Assembly (NCBI GenBank): GCA_964019425.1
Contig: OZ025787.1
Location: 1,364,001 to 1,428,000, forward strand
DNA length: 64,000 bases
Source: Flectonema sp. DT1601
Lineage: Eukaryota
Reading direction: 5' to 3'
In this document: positions 10,984 to 20,689 of the stretch, piece by piece
Layout of the letters: every line of letters begins with the position of its first letter
Position numbering within the stretch: the first letter of the stretch is position 1
The notes under the pieces: model-generated
The model's database searches: none
The model's input: the letters and a program-made list of their open reading frames with translations, nothing else
What the model was told of the DNA's origin: nothing
Position numbers and translations under genes: made by a program

Positions 10984-12522
10984 ATGAAATCCATCCTCGC
11001 CCTCTTAATGGTGGGGCTCGTAGCTGCTGCTGGCGAGCCATTATTCCTCTCTGACATGATTAAAGGAGGTCGTATTGAGGAAGCGCAGAATGCTTCCCGT
11101 GTGTACCTTCCAGGTCTCCCTACCACACTAATCAGCTACTCAGGTTACGTTACTGTGAACGCGAGTTCTAACGGTCACACATTCTTTTGGTACTTTCCTC
11201 CTCTGAATGGAAACTTGTCAGCTCCAACTATGATGTGGCTTCAGGGAGGACCAGGAGGTAGTTCATTGTTTGGATTATTCAGTGAGATGGGACCTATCAT
11301 GGTAAACGATGCTGGAACTCAAGCAGTACCAAATGAACTGTTATCATGGACTAGAGAATACGGAATGGTATTCGTTGATAACCCAGTTGGTGTTGGATTC
11401 TCTTTGTCTGACCCTGAGGGATTAGCTCAGACTAAAGAACAATACATGACTACTTTATATTCTTTTATTAGTCAGTTTCATCAGTTGTTCCCAAACCTTT
11501 TAAAGAACGACTTCTACATCTCTGGAGAGTCATATGCTGGAAAGTACGTTCCTGCTGCTGCCTACAAAGTTCACCAAGAGAACGCAAAAGGAACACTTCC
11601 ACTCATTCCGTTGAAGGGAATCTTAATTGGAGATGGTCTGTGTGATCCAGCTACTATGATTCCTCAATACCCATACCTCACTGAGGCATTCTCTCTTGTA
11701 AACTGGAATCAGGTTAAGGTGATGCAAAACTACTCTGATGCTGCTAGTCAGTACATGGCAGCAGGACAGTGGGAGCAGGCCTTTCATCAGTTTGATTTAA
11801 TGATTAACGGTGATTTGACTGGTGTAACTCCATACTTGGCTAATGCGACTGGATTCGGTGATTACTTCAACGCATTGTCACCAGAGTACTCTCAGCCATT
11901 TGGAAAGGACTCACCTTTCCAACAGTACCTTAACCGTCCTGAGATCCAGAAAGCTCTTCACGTTAACAAGACTTACCTCAGTTACACAAAGGCTGTTGAG
12001 GTTGCGATTGTTAATGACGTTGCTCAGTCTGTAAAACAATTCTTCCCAACACTTCTTGCTAGCTACAAAGTGTTATTGTACTCTGGTCAGTTTGATGTTA
12101 TCGTTGGAGCTCCACTCACCATCGCATTCATTAGAAGTATTCAATGGCCAGGACAGGCTGCATTTGATGCTGCCCCAAGAACTATCTGGCACTCACGCTC
12201 TCCAGTTCTCGGTGTTATGGGTAAGCTTCTTGGATCAAATGACGTTGCTGGATACCACACTCAGGAAGGTAACTTGAACTACGTTATTGTTCGTAACGCT
12301 GGTCACATGGTGCCAACTGATCAACCGCTGTGGGCTTTGGACATGGTCACTCGTTTTATTAAAAACATCTCTTTTGCTGGTCCAGTCCCAAGCAACATCC
12401 CTGACCCAAAGCCACCAACTACAATTGCTTCAGAGCTTCACAAACTTGCAGACCTTCACCGCAATGGCGATCTCACAGATGTGGAGTACGCTGCGGCAAA
12501 GTCTCAATTACTTAACCTCTAA
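10984..12522 (+). CDS. Serine carboxypeptidase S10 (CPVL-like), secreted/lysosomal, with a C-terminal SHOCT-like tail
   Basis: Signal peptide MKSILALLMVG; WLQGGPGGSS, VDNPVGVGFS, catalytic GESYAG, GQFDVIV and AGHMVP. Start taken at the AAAATG at 10984. Confidence 0.95.
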   Translation: MKSILALLMVGLVAAAGEPLFLSDMIKGGRIEEAQNASRVYLPGLPTTLISYSGYVTVNASSNGHTFFWYFPPLNGNLSAPTMMWLQGGPGGSSLFGLFSEMGPIMVNDAGTQAVPNELLSWTREYGMVFVDNPVGVGFSLSDPEGLAQTKEQYMTTLYSFISQFHQLFPNLLKNDFYISGESYAGKYVPAAAYKVHQENAKGTLPLIPLKGILIGDGLCDPATMIPQYPYLTEAFSLVNWNQVKVMQNYSDAASQYMAAGQWEQAFHQFDLMINGDLTGVTPYLANATGFGDYFNALSPEYSQPFGKDSPFQQYLNRPEIQKALHVNKTYLSYTKAVEVAIVNDVAQSVKQFFPTLLASYKVLLYSGQFDVIVGAPLTIAFIRSIQWPGQAAFDAAPRTIWHSRSPVLGVMGKLLGSNDVAGYHTQEGNLNYVIVRNAGHMVPTDQPLWALDMVTRFIKNISFAGPVPSNIPDPKPPTTIASELHKLADLHRNGDLTDVEYAAAKSQLLNL

Positions 12523-12794
12523 GTTCTGACTGATTTTGCAAGAAATCTTTAGTTCATGTCTGCTCCAATGTCAGTTTAATGAACGGGTTTCTTCTTTCAG
12601 AAATTTTCTTCCGTGTGATCCGTGTTAATGTTTTAAGTGTTATTATTTTATTTTATTTTTTATTTTGTTTAGTATTCTTTCCAGTCTCCCTCTGGAATGA
12701 ATAGTAATCAATGTTACAACAGAACGAAAGGCGTTAAGGAGAATTCATTTCTTTTTGCAAACTGGTTGTGACTGCTGTGTTGTGGATAGAAAAC

Positions 12795-12833
<39 letters not shown>

Positions 12834-13574
12834 CTTCTTATCGTCCGATTCTTCAATTTTTTTTTTCTGTGAGCTAAATTCACCGTTTTGTTTCCATTCA
12901 ATGTTTTCTTTTTGGATGTCGAATTCGGGATCATTGCTATTCAGAGAAAAAGAAAAGAAAACACACAAGACCTTTGGAGTGAAAAGAAGAGTGAGATATT
13001 AAGTTTTCGCACGCAGAATTAGTTCATAATACTAGTGGGAATTGGGATGTTTTCTTGTTTCCTTTTCCTTTTTTTTTTTTTTTTTTTTTTTTTTACCTTT
13101 GTATCGATCTTTCCTGATGAACAATATATAGATCAAAAAAAAAAAAAAAAAAAATAAGAGAAAAGAAGAAAATAATAATAATCGTGATAAAAAAAGAACA
13201 AGGGAATTTAAAAAAATTACATGATTGTTAACTGCAGGAGGAGGTGTTTATTGTCCTTAACATACTATTCTTCCCCTATGTGGGCACGACTGATTGGTGG
13301 AAAAAAAAAAAATTCTTTTTTTTTTCCCCACTGTTTTTTTTAAAACGACAATGTATATGTTAAAAAAAAGAAGAAGGGATGGAACAAAAGATAATATTAT
13401 GTAGCACAAAGTCTCAATTTAAAAAAACATGTTTTTTAAATCGTAGTTTTTTTTTTCAAACAGGCAAATACATTCACTGCAGTGATATACATCTTTTCAG
13501 AATTTTCTGATAATTTCTTTTATGACATCATTCACATTATTCAGGGATACAAAAAAAAAATAATAATAAATAAA

Positions 13575-13958
13575 ATGAACCTAATTATCCTTAGTCTTTT
13601 TATGATTGTTCCTCTCACAAGTGGGACAGAGCTATTTAATTGCTCAGGAAGTCCTCATGAACATTGCTGCTCAGAGTTAGGATGTGTTTGGTGTCCTCCA
13701 ACCAACAGCTGCATCAGGTGCGCGACAAAGAGGTGTTTGAAAGGAGGAACAGGAGCAGAGAGCTTTGTCTTAGTTAAAGATGTGTGTCCAGAACTGATTA
13801 CCGGTAATACGCTAGATTGTAAAAAGTCTGAAGAAGCCTTAATGAACGGAGAAATCATCCTATTTATGATATTTACATTCGTCTTGTTGAATGTGTTGCT
13901 ATTTACATACAAGAAATGCAGTGCTACAAAGGGAGTCAAGTATGCCCACATGCCGTAA
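13575..13958 (+). CDS. Small type I membrane protein with a Cys-rich PSI-like ectodomain
   Basis: Signal peptide, CC..LGCVWC....SC..C..C pattern, one TM helix (IILFMIFTFVLLNVLLF), and a short tail with YAHM (YxxPhi-like). Confidence 0.65.
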   Translation: MNLIILSLFMIVPLTSGTELFNCSGSPHEHCCSELGCVWCPPTNSCIRCATKRCLKGGTGAESFVLVKDVCPELITGNTLDCKKSEEALMNGEIILFMIFTFVLLNVLLFTYKKCSATKGVKYAHMP

Positions 13959-14438
13959 TGCTTGCCCTCTTATGCTATCTCTTTTATACGTTGCTTGTTA
14001 TTACTGCTGGTAGACATAGCGAATACACGAGAACTACCCTTCCGGGTGCGTCGACTTCGTAAGTTTGATAAATTGATGAAATCTATTGTCCACTTTTGTT
14101 TTAGTTTTTTCTGTTCAATAGTATCACAAGAGAGAGGGATTTATCTTTTGTGTGTGGGGGACGGGTGTGTTTGTTACAATGATTCGTTTAGGAATGACTT
14201 TTTTAATAAAAAAGAGAAATTCTCTCCTGTCTCTCTCCCTTCAACATGGTTGAATGAGGTATAGAATAATATTAACTTTGTTATGTCTCCTTTTGAATTC
14301 ACAGTCTGGAGCAGTGTGAAAATCTCTGAATATGGTTAACTGACTACAGTGTTGGTTGTTTTGTAAAGTACTCTGACTGACTTATATAAAACTGATTTAA
14401 CGTCTTTTTACAGTCTGCGGACCCCAATCACCCATCCA

Positions 14439-16118
14439 ATGAAGTCACAACGCAGAGTGATGGTAGCCTTAATTCTCTGTGTGGGTGTGGTAGCGTTGCT
14501 GCAGATGGGATTTTTGGTTGAACCAGTAGAGGGTGATACTACGTTGCCTGCTGTTAGAATAGAGAGAAGTGAAAAACCTGAATCGGTCGATGTCAAATCT
14601 GAACCTACAAAAACTGTTGAGCAACCGAGACATCAAAATAAACCAAATCAACAATCAGAAATTAAACTTCCATATACGTACCCTGTTCACCTGAAACTAA
14701 TTTCTAAAGATAAATTGAAATTAGGTATCGAACAGCAAGTTCAAAGCCAAGTTCGAACCTGTGCTATTCATTCAACTGAACCTCTACAGCCAACCCCTTC
14801 TGAGTATGAGAGGGAAACACCTTCGAGCGTATCGCACACAAAGTTGCTGAATGATTTTTATATCGGAGATGACAACAATCGAGTTCACAGTGCTAAGGGT
14901 TTATTCCTAAGAAAAACAAATAAAAAAGCCGACATCAACAACGTTGATGACATTTATTGGATTCCTGAGGATTCTGATTCGAGTGGAATTAACCTTCCGT
15001 GTACCCGAGAAGCTCAATTGGGTTTATTTAAAAAACAAAATCCAAACAACTGTGAAAAGACAACTTTCTTATCAACGCGTCTAAAGGCTGATGCTCATGG
15101 TCTTGGTAGTGCATTATCACTGATAGTTCATGATTTAATATCAAGCATTAAACTAGACAGGGTTCTGGTCGTTAGATCATCAAAATGGTTCTTTGCTCCA
15201 ACCGAATGCGGTTCTAACGGTTGGACTTGTTACTTTAAAACACCTTCATACTGCCCTGAACCATCAGAGAAGGGTGATGTATATTCTGGAAAAACTCGAA
15301 ATTCACGTGTAGTCCGAAAGAAAGACACCGATCAAAAGGGACTATCAAGAAGCGATTTACCAAATCTATCAACAATTCTTGATGATAAGTGTGTTGATTT
15401 GGTTACAGAATGGTCAAAACAGCCTGAGAACACCTACTTAATGGGAACGTTTGAAAAGGGAAGTAGTCCTCTTCTGACATGGTGGATGGCTCAGTCAATT
15501 AGATATTTAGTAAGAGCTCCACAACCATGGTTTAGTGATATTATAAAAAGTAATCTCGCATCGCAAGGGTTCCCTTGGAATGACGGATTGGTGTTTCAAC
15601 AGCTTCGTGGTGAAGTTGCGAAGTTTCGCGAGTACTTCAACACGTTCGGATGTCATGATGTTCATATGGAGGCATACAAAAAGTGGACTAATAAAATTTA
15701 TAAAAATCAACGTGACGGAAATGGACGACCGACAAGCATCTACATCAGCGGTAACACTCCACACGATAGTTTTATGTCATTAGTTTCAATGCAACGTGAT
15801 GACCACAAAATATACAGTACTTGGAATCACAGTGCAGCAGCTGTCTCAGTTGAGTCAAAGCGTTGGGGTGCTAACACATTAGTTGTAAGCTGGGTTGACT
15901 TCTGGGCAGGTGTTGCTTCTTCTGGTTGGGTTTGCATCATCCAGTCAAACTGGTGTCGGATGATAAACTTTTTACGACTTACAGCAGGTCGTGCAAACTG
16001 TCCGTTCATCGATCTCGGAGTAACAATGTTATCTGATACTGAAGAACGAGACAAGTACTGCATCGTAAAAGATGAATGGCCAAAGAAGGCCTTCAGCAGC
16101 GTAATACGTAAGAATTAG
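14439..16118 (+). CDS. Type II membrane glycosyltransferase, GT23/alpha-1,6-fucosyltransferase (FUT8)-like
   Basis: N-terminal TM anchor and stem. QNPNNCEKTTFL, HGLGSAL...LDRVLVV, GWTCYFKTPSYC and SNWCRMINFLR parallel FUT8-family motifs. The HVRRTDK motif is divergent (QLRGEVAK). Confidence 0.7.
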   Translation: MKSQRRVMVALILCVGVVALLQMGFLVEPVEGDTTLPAVRIERSEKPESVDVKSEPTKTVEQPRHQNKPNQQSEIKLPYTYPVHLKLISKDKLKLGIEQQVQSQVRTCAIHSTEPLQPTPSEYERETPSSVSHTKLLNDFYIGDDNNRVHSAKGLFLRKTNKKADINNVDDIYWIPEDSDSSGINLPCTREAQLGLFKKQNPNNCEKTTFLSTRLKADAHGLGSALSLIVHDLISSIKLDRVLVVRSSKWFFAPTECGSNGWTCYFKTPSYCPEPSEKGDVYSGKTRNSRVVRKKDTDQKGLSRSDLPNLSTILDDKCVDLVTEWSKQPENTYLMGTFEKGSSPLLTWWMAQSIRYLVRAPQPWFSDIIKSNLASQGFPWNDGLVFQQLRGEVAKFREYFNTFGCHDVHMEAYKKWTNKIYKNQRDGNGRPTSIYISGNTPHDSFMSLVSMQRDDHKIYSTWNHSAAAVSVESKRWGANTLVVSWVDFWAGVASSGWVCIIQSNWCRMINFLRLTAGRANCPFIDLGVTMLSDTEERDKYCIVKDEWPKKAFSSVIRKN

Positions 16119-16485
16119 CTTTTCTGTTATTAGACCTGCTGATCACTAAGACAGAGTACAGACTACGATTAACCTATTCCAAGCGAGTAGGGCTTTGGTC
16201 AAGACTCAAAAAAAAAAAAAAAAAAGCGACCCAGTCGCTTCCCCTGCATACTGAGAAGTGCTATGCATAATATTAACAATAATAATGTAATGAAGGAATG
16301 ATGCTTTTGAGTTCATTTATCTAACACAGCAGATGTACTAATATGAGGTGGCAGACAGTCTCGGGTGTTGGGAAACGGCCGACGCTGTTGAAGGTTTTGT
16401 TGTTTATTGTGGTTTTGTTTGTAAAGTATTTCCAACATTCAGGAAACCCCTTGGCTCCATTTCACAATGTAATAAGAAGAATAAA

Positions 16486-18066
16486 ATGACTAAAGTACGT
16501 TATTCACATGTCGCTTCCAGCGTTCCGGCTGCACGTTCGGGATCTCCGCTACTGGCAGCGGGGGACAATCGGAATATGGAAAGTCAATTTAGACTTGGTG
16601 ATAAAGTAAGATTCGTAGGAGGTGGTCGGTTCGATGGAGATGTACAATGGCAAGATGGTGATCGATTACATGTTGGAGATGAAGGAATCATTGCTGATAT
16701 AAATCATAGTGTAGAGGCAAGACATCGGTTTTCAATAAACTTTCCGATGGCTTTTGTAAGGCTGTCTGCTGCTGATATTGTTCCTCTTCAACTCCCTTCA
16801 ACTATTAGATCTTTCTCACCTGGACGATCACCTCATAACAGTCATTCTAATGAAGTCGATGAAGTGCTTCAAGCGGCTCGTTTTCAAATAGGAAACCTGC
16901 AGGCTGCGCTTTCTCGAACTTCATCGCCACTCGTTCGGAAGGTTAGTCACAGAGAAAGCATCAGTGACACCATTGATCTCAACCCCGCTCAACAGCAACT
17001 ACAACACGTTGACGTTGTTCGTTCTCAGGCAGAAGAGCACCACCAGCACGAAGTAGCCATGCAGACAAGAGAACGTGAGTTCAACGAAGCTTTACATATC
17101 GAACAGGAAAAGCATTCTGAAGAAATGAATCGATTACGTGAGTTGTCGAGTAGAAATGTTGCTGAAGAAGAACGTCGAGCGGTCCAACTGTCAGAAAGAC
17201 TATCACAAAGCTCTTTGAGAATCCAACAACTAGAAGGTGCACTAGCTGAAAGAGACAACATAATAATCGGCTTAGAAAGATCTGTTGATAACGAACGACA
17301 GTCAGCGACACAAATCCGAAGTGACACTGACAACGAACGTACAATGCTACAGCGTCAGATCCATGACATGACTGCTACGATGCGTAACATTCAACAGGAA
17401 GCTTTAAAAGATAGACAACTCGCTTCAAACAGATCGCTACAAGTTTTAGAGCTCGAGAAGGAAGTCGCGAAGTATCAAAACGACGTAATGTCACTACAAC
17501 AGGAATCCTCTGCACTTCGTCATCAATTATCTGAAGAAGCGATTAGGGCATCTCAAAAAACTGCGGCGGTTGAGCAGAAACTAATGCGGCAAATAGCCGA
17601 CTACCAAGCAAAGCTTGAAGCGAAACATGCGGCTAACCCTCCACCTCCACCAATTACATTAACAGTTGGTAAGACGGTATCAGTAGCTGATGGTCTTTGT
17701 ACTTTAATAGAACCATACTCGGGAGATGATCCAAACTTTTCATCTAAAAGGTGTTGGTGGGTTAGAATGATTTCGAGTGGTGAAGAGAAGCTACGCGCTC
17801 CAACAGAAATGGCTGACCCTCCACAAAAACATCAACAAACGAGAGTGATTCATTCACAAGCAATATCTCCAGCTCCTTTTCGAAGTACCATAAGTCCGAA
17901 TGGAAGGACATCACCAGCACCTCCATCACTTCCTCAATGGGAACCAACTTCTCATACTAGAGTAGAGTCTGAGACATTCCTTATTGGATCAGATAGTATC
18001 CCTCGTGCGTATTCTCGACATGCTTCTCTTTCACAAGATATTGGTTTATCAAACAGGGCAAAGTAG
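16486..18066 (+). CDS. Coiled-coil protein with an N-terminal SH3-like beta motif, function unknown
   Basis: Long ORF with FRLGDKVRF...GDRLHVGDEGII motif, a ~200 aa heptad-rich region and a Pro-rich linker. First ATG is 16486; the track's GTG extension looks like UTR. Confidence 0.8.
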   Translation: MTKVRYSHVASSVPAARSGSPLLAAGDNRNMESQFRLGDKVRFVGGGRFDGDVQWQDGDRLHVGDEGIIADINHSVEARHRFSINFPMAFVRLSAADIVPLQLPSTIRSFSPGRSPHNSHSNEVDEVLQAARFQIGNLQAALSRTSSPLVRKVSHRESISDTIDLNPAQQQLQHVDVVRSQAEEHHQHEVAMQTREREFNEALHIEQEKHSEEMNRLRELSSRNVAEEERRAVQLSERLSQSSLRIQQLEGALAERDNIIIGLERSVDNERQSATQIRSDTDNERTMLQRQIHDMTATMRNIQQEALKDRQLASNRSLQVLELEKEVAKYQNDVMSLQQESSALRHQLSEEAIRASQKTAAVEQKLMRQIADYQAKLEAKHAANPPPPPITLTVGKTVSVADGLCTLIEPYSGDDPNFSSKRCWWVRMISSGEEKLRAPTEMADPPQKHQQTRVIHSQAISPAPFRSTISPNGRTSPAPPSLPQWEPTSHTRVESETFLIGSDSIPRAYSRHASLSQDIGLSNRAK

Positions 18067-18696
18067 GAATCGATTTCTAATATGAAATCTGACATCCTTA
18101 CATTCTAATATAGACATAATGATGTTTTGTCTACATTGGTTTAGGTAGTTGTCTGCACTGCGTGTGGTGCCTCTAAATTAAAAAGCCGGATGATGTTGAT
18201 ATTTCGGGATCAAGCGCGCTGCAGTATAGTCTTGACATGTTCTCCATTAGTAGTGTTCTGCGAACCAGTAAACGATGTATTTTATGGTTATATGAATTTT
18301 ATATGTTTTACAGAATAAGAAGAAAAAAAAAACACAATTTAAAAAGCAATAATGGCCAACAAGGCGTGGGACGCTTTTATTAACTTGCATTCACGTACCC
18401 GAATCCCCATATTCGACAGCGCGTATCAACCAAGCTTGGCCAAACCCTTTTTTTGGTTTCAAAATTGATTATTTAATTGTAACTAAATTATCAGTCTCCC
18501 CATTCCCTTTGTGTGTATTGCGTTTCGACTTAGAAAATTAGACTCCGATATGTTCGTTAGTTGCTTAGAAGGTGCAGCTTTGTGTTTTTATTTATTTTAT
18601 AACAGATTTGTAATGAGAGCGGTGTGTATTCGAGAAAATAATAAACATCCGTCACTTTAACTTCATATTTAACATTAGCGGTGGGGACAACACAAT

Positions 18697-20210
18697 ATGA
18701 GTTACCTCTCATGGTCAACATTCTTTATTCTAATAGGAAGTGTTGCGTGTGTTGATCCACTATTTGTCGGATGTTTTGGCGATACTAGCGCAGCGCCAGA
18801 CATGCCGACTGACACGAAACTGATGTCCAGAGAAATGACTATCGAACTCTGTGTGGGTCATTGCAAAGGAAAGATGTTTCGTTATGTTGCTTTACAAGAA
18901 GGAACGACTTGTTTCTGTGGTAACAGTTACGGATCTCACGGAGAAAGTAAGGGAGGATGCGTAAAAGAGTGCACTGGAGGTTCAACTCCCTTTGGAAGAT
19001 GCGGAGGAGACTTTGCCAACTCCGTATATGACACAACAAAAGTACAAGAAGAAGCAAACAGTTCTAATTATGAACTCACTTATGTTGGATGCTTCAAAGA
19101 CAAGTCTCCGGGACGTCAATTCCCAACAGAGTTCCAATTCGACGATGATTTAATGACCGTTCAGATGTGTGTTCAGCACTGTACTAAACAACAACATATA
19201 TTTAACTATGTTGCCTTACAAGATGGTAATCAATGCTTTTGTGGCAATGAACCTGGAGACAAACTTGGCAGGGCAGACGGTAGCTGCACGAAGAACTGTG
19301 CTGGCACACAAGTAGAAAAGGTTTCTGGACCAGCAGGAAAGTGTGGAGGTGGATTTGCTAATCAAGTTTACGGATTGAGATTGTTAGTACCATCAACAGA
19401 AGCTCCTAAAGGAACGATAGTTGTCGCACCGATTAAGATAATACCAAATTGTGGAATTCCAATGTCTGTTCTCATATCATCATTCGCAATATTAGTTACC
19501 TCGTTGGGGAGTATGGGATTCTTCTGTGTCACTGTCTTGTCTGCTACATATCCTTATGCTGTTACTTCTATCTTTATTGGTTCCTTGACGGCAGAGATAT
19601 TTCTGGTTGTGATTAGTTGTCTTGTTGGTCATATCCTTCCAGATTCTTCTTTCTTATCGATTCGTAATAATAAAATATTGAATGCGATTGTGTTGGTTGC
19701 ATACGGCTTTTTACAGGTCCACAAGTCATTCTGTGTAGCCGCGAAAGATCAAGATGATCGTAGGGAAGACTTCCGCTTTGCAATAGCTGAAGTAGGAAGA
19801 CCGACTCAGAAAGATGATGGAAGCGGGATATTATCAGAGCAAGTTCAAGACTCTCCCTCGTCAATTTTTATGGCGTTCAAGGCTATCCTACTAACAGAAT
19901 GGGGATCGATAAACCAACTTGCTATAATTATTCTTTCGATTGTTATTGACATACGATCTGTTGTTTATGCTGGGTTACTTTCTCAAGTATGTTGATTACT
20001 TATATATTCCCTGCTCTACTTCTCTAACTAACATACTAAATAATAAACCAAAAATAGTTTTATATGGTGTCCTTGGCGGTAGTCATTCCACCCCAATCGA
20101 TGATCGGAAAAAACAGCTTTGCGTTGAAGACTTATTTTGCAGGAGGTGTGTTTTCGTTCTCTTTTTTCTTCTTCCAGTTGTTCAACAATTATTGTTGTTG
20201 GTATCATTAA
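18697..20210 (+). CDS. WSC-WSC domains fused to a GDT1/TMEM165 (UPF0016)-like membrane domain; join(18697..19986,20058..20210), ~480 aa
   Basis: Signal peptide; two WSC repeats (F/YVGCF.D...MT...C..HC....YVALQ.G..CFCGN...CGG.FAN.VY). Two UPF0016-like halves (TSLGSMGFF; AFKAILLTEWGSINQLAII). Intron 19987-20057 (GTATGT..AAATAG) restores the final helices SLAVVI...FAGGVFSFSFFFF. Confidence 0.8.
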
Positions 20211-20689
20211 ACAAAAACAGGTTTGGTGTTCTTTTTCTTAGCAATTAACCAGATGTTTGAATCAAATGACGACTTGTTGTGAGTGTTGTCGAACTCCTTC
20301 ACCGCATTTACATATTTTTTCGATGTCACCGTATAGCTACTACCATAGTGAATGTGACTAGCACAACTCACTAAAAGGATACTAACTACACAAAACCAGT
20401 AGTGTTGAGCTGGGAGAGCGTCAGTATATTTAAACTGACGCGATACTCTTCTTGTTTGCAATGCTACTTCTGTTGATCAGACTTGCTGATGTGGGAGAGC
20501 ACTAATTGAGTTGCGACAATCTTCAGATCTAAAAAGTAAGGAGCAGAAATAAAAACAAACCTGAGCTTTAGCCCTTTCTTAAGCAGTTCGGGTTTTTACT
20601 CAAAATAACCGCTTTTGCGATTTTTTTTTTTAAAAATAAAAAGAAAACTTATTTTTTCCTCCAGGTTACAAAAAAAAAAAAAAAAAGAA

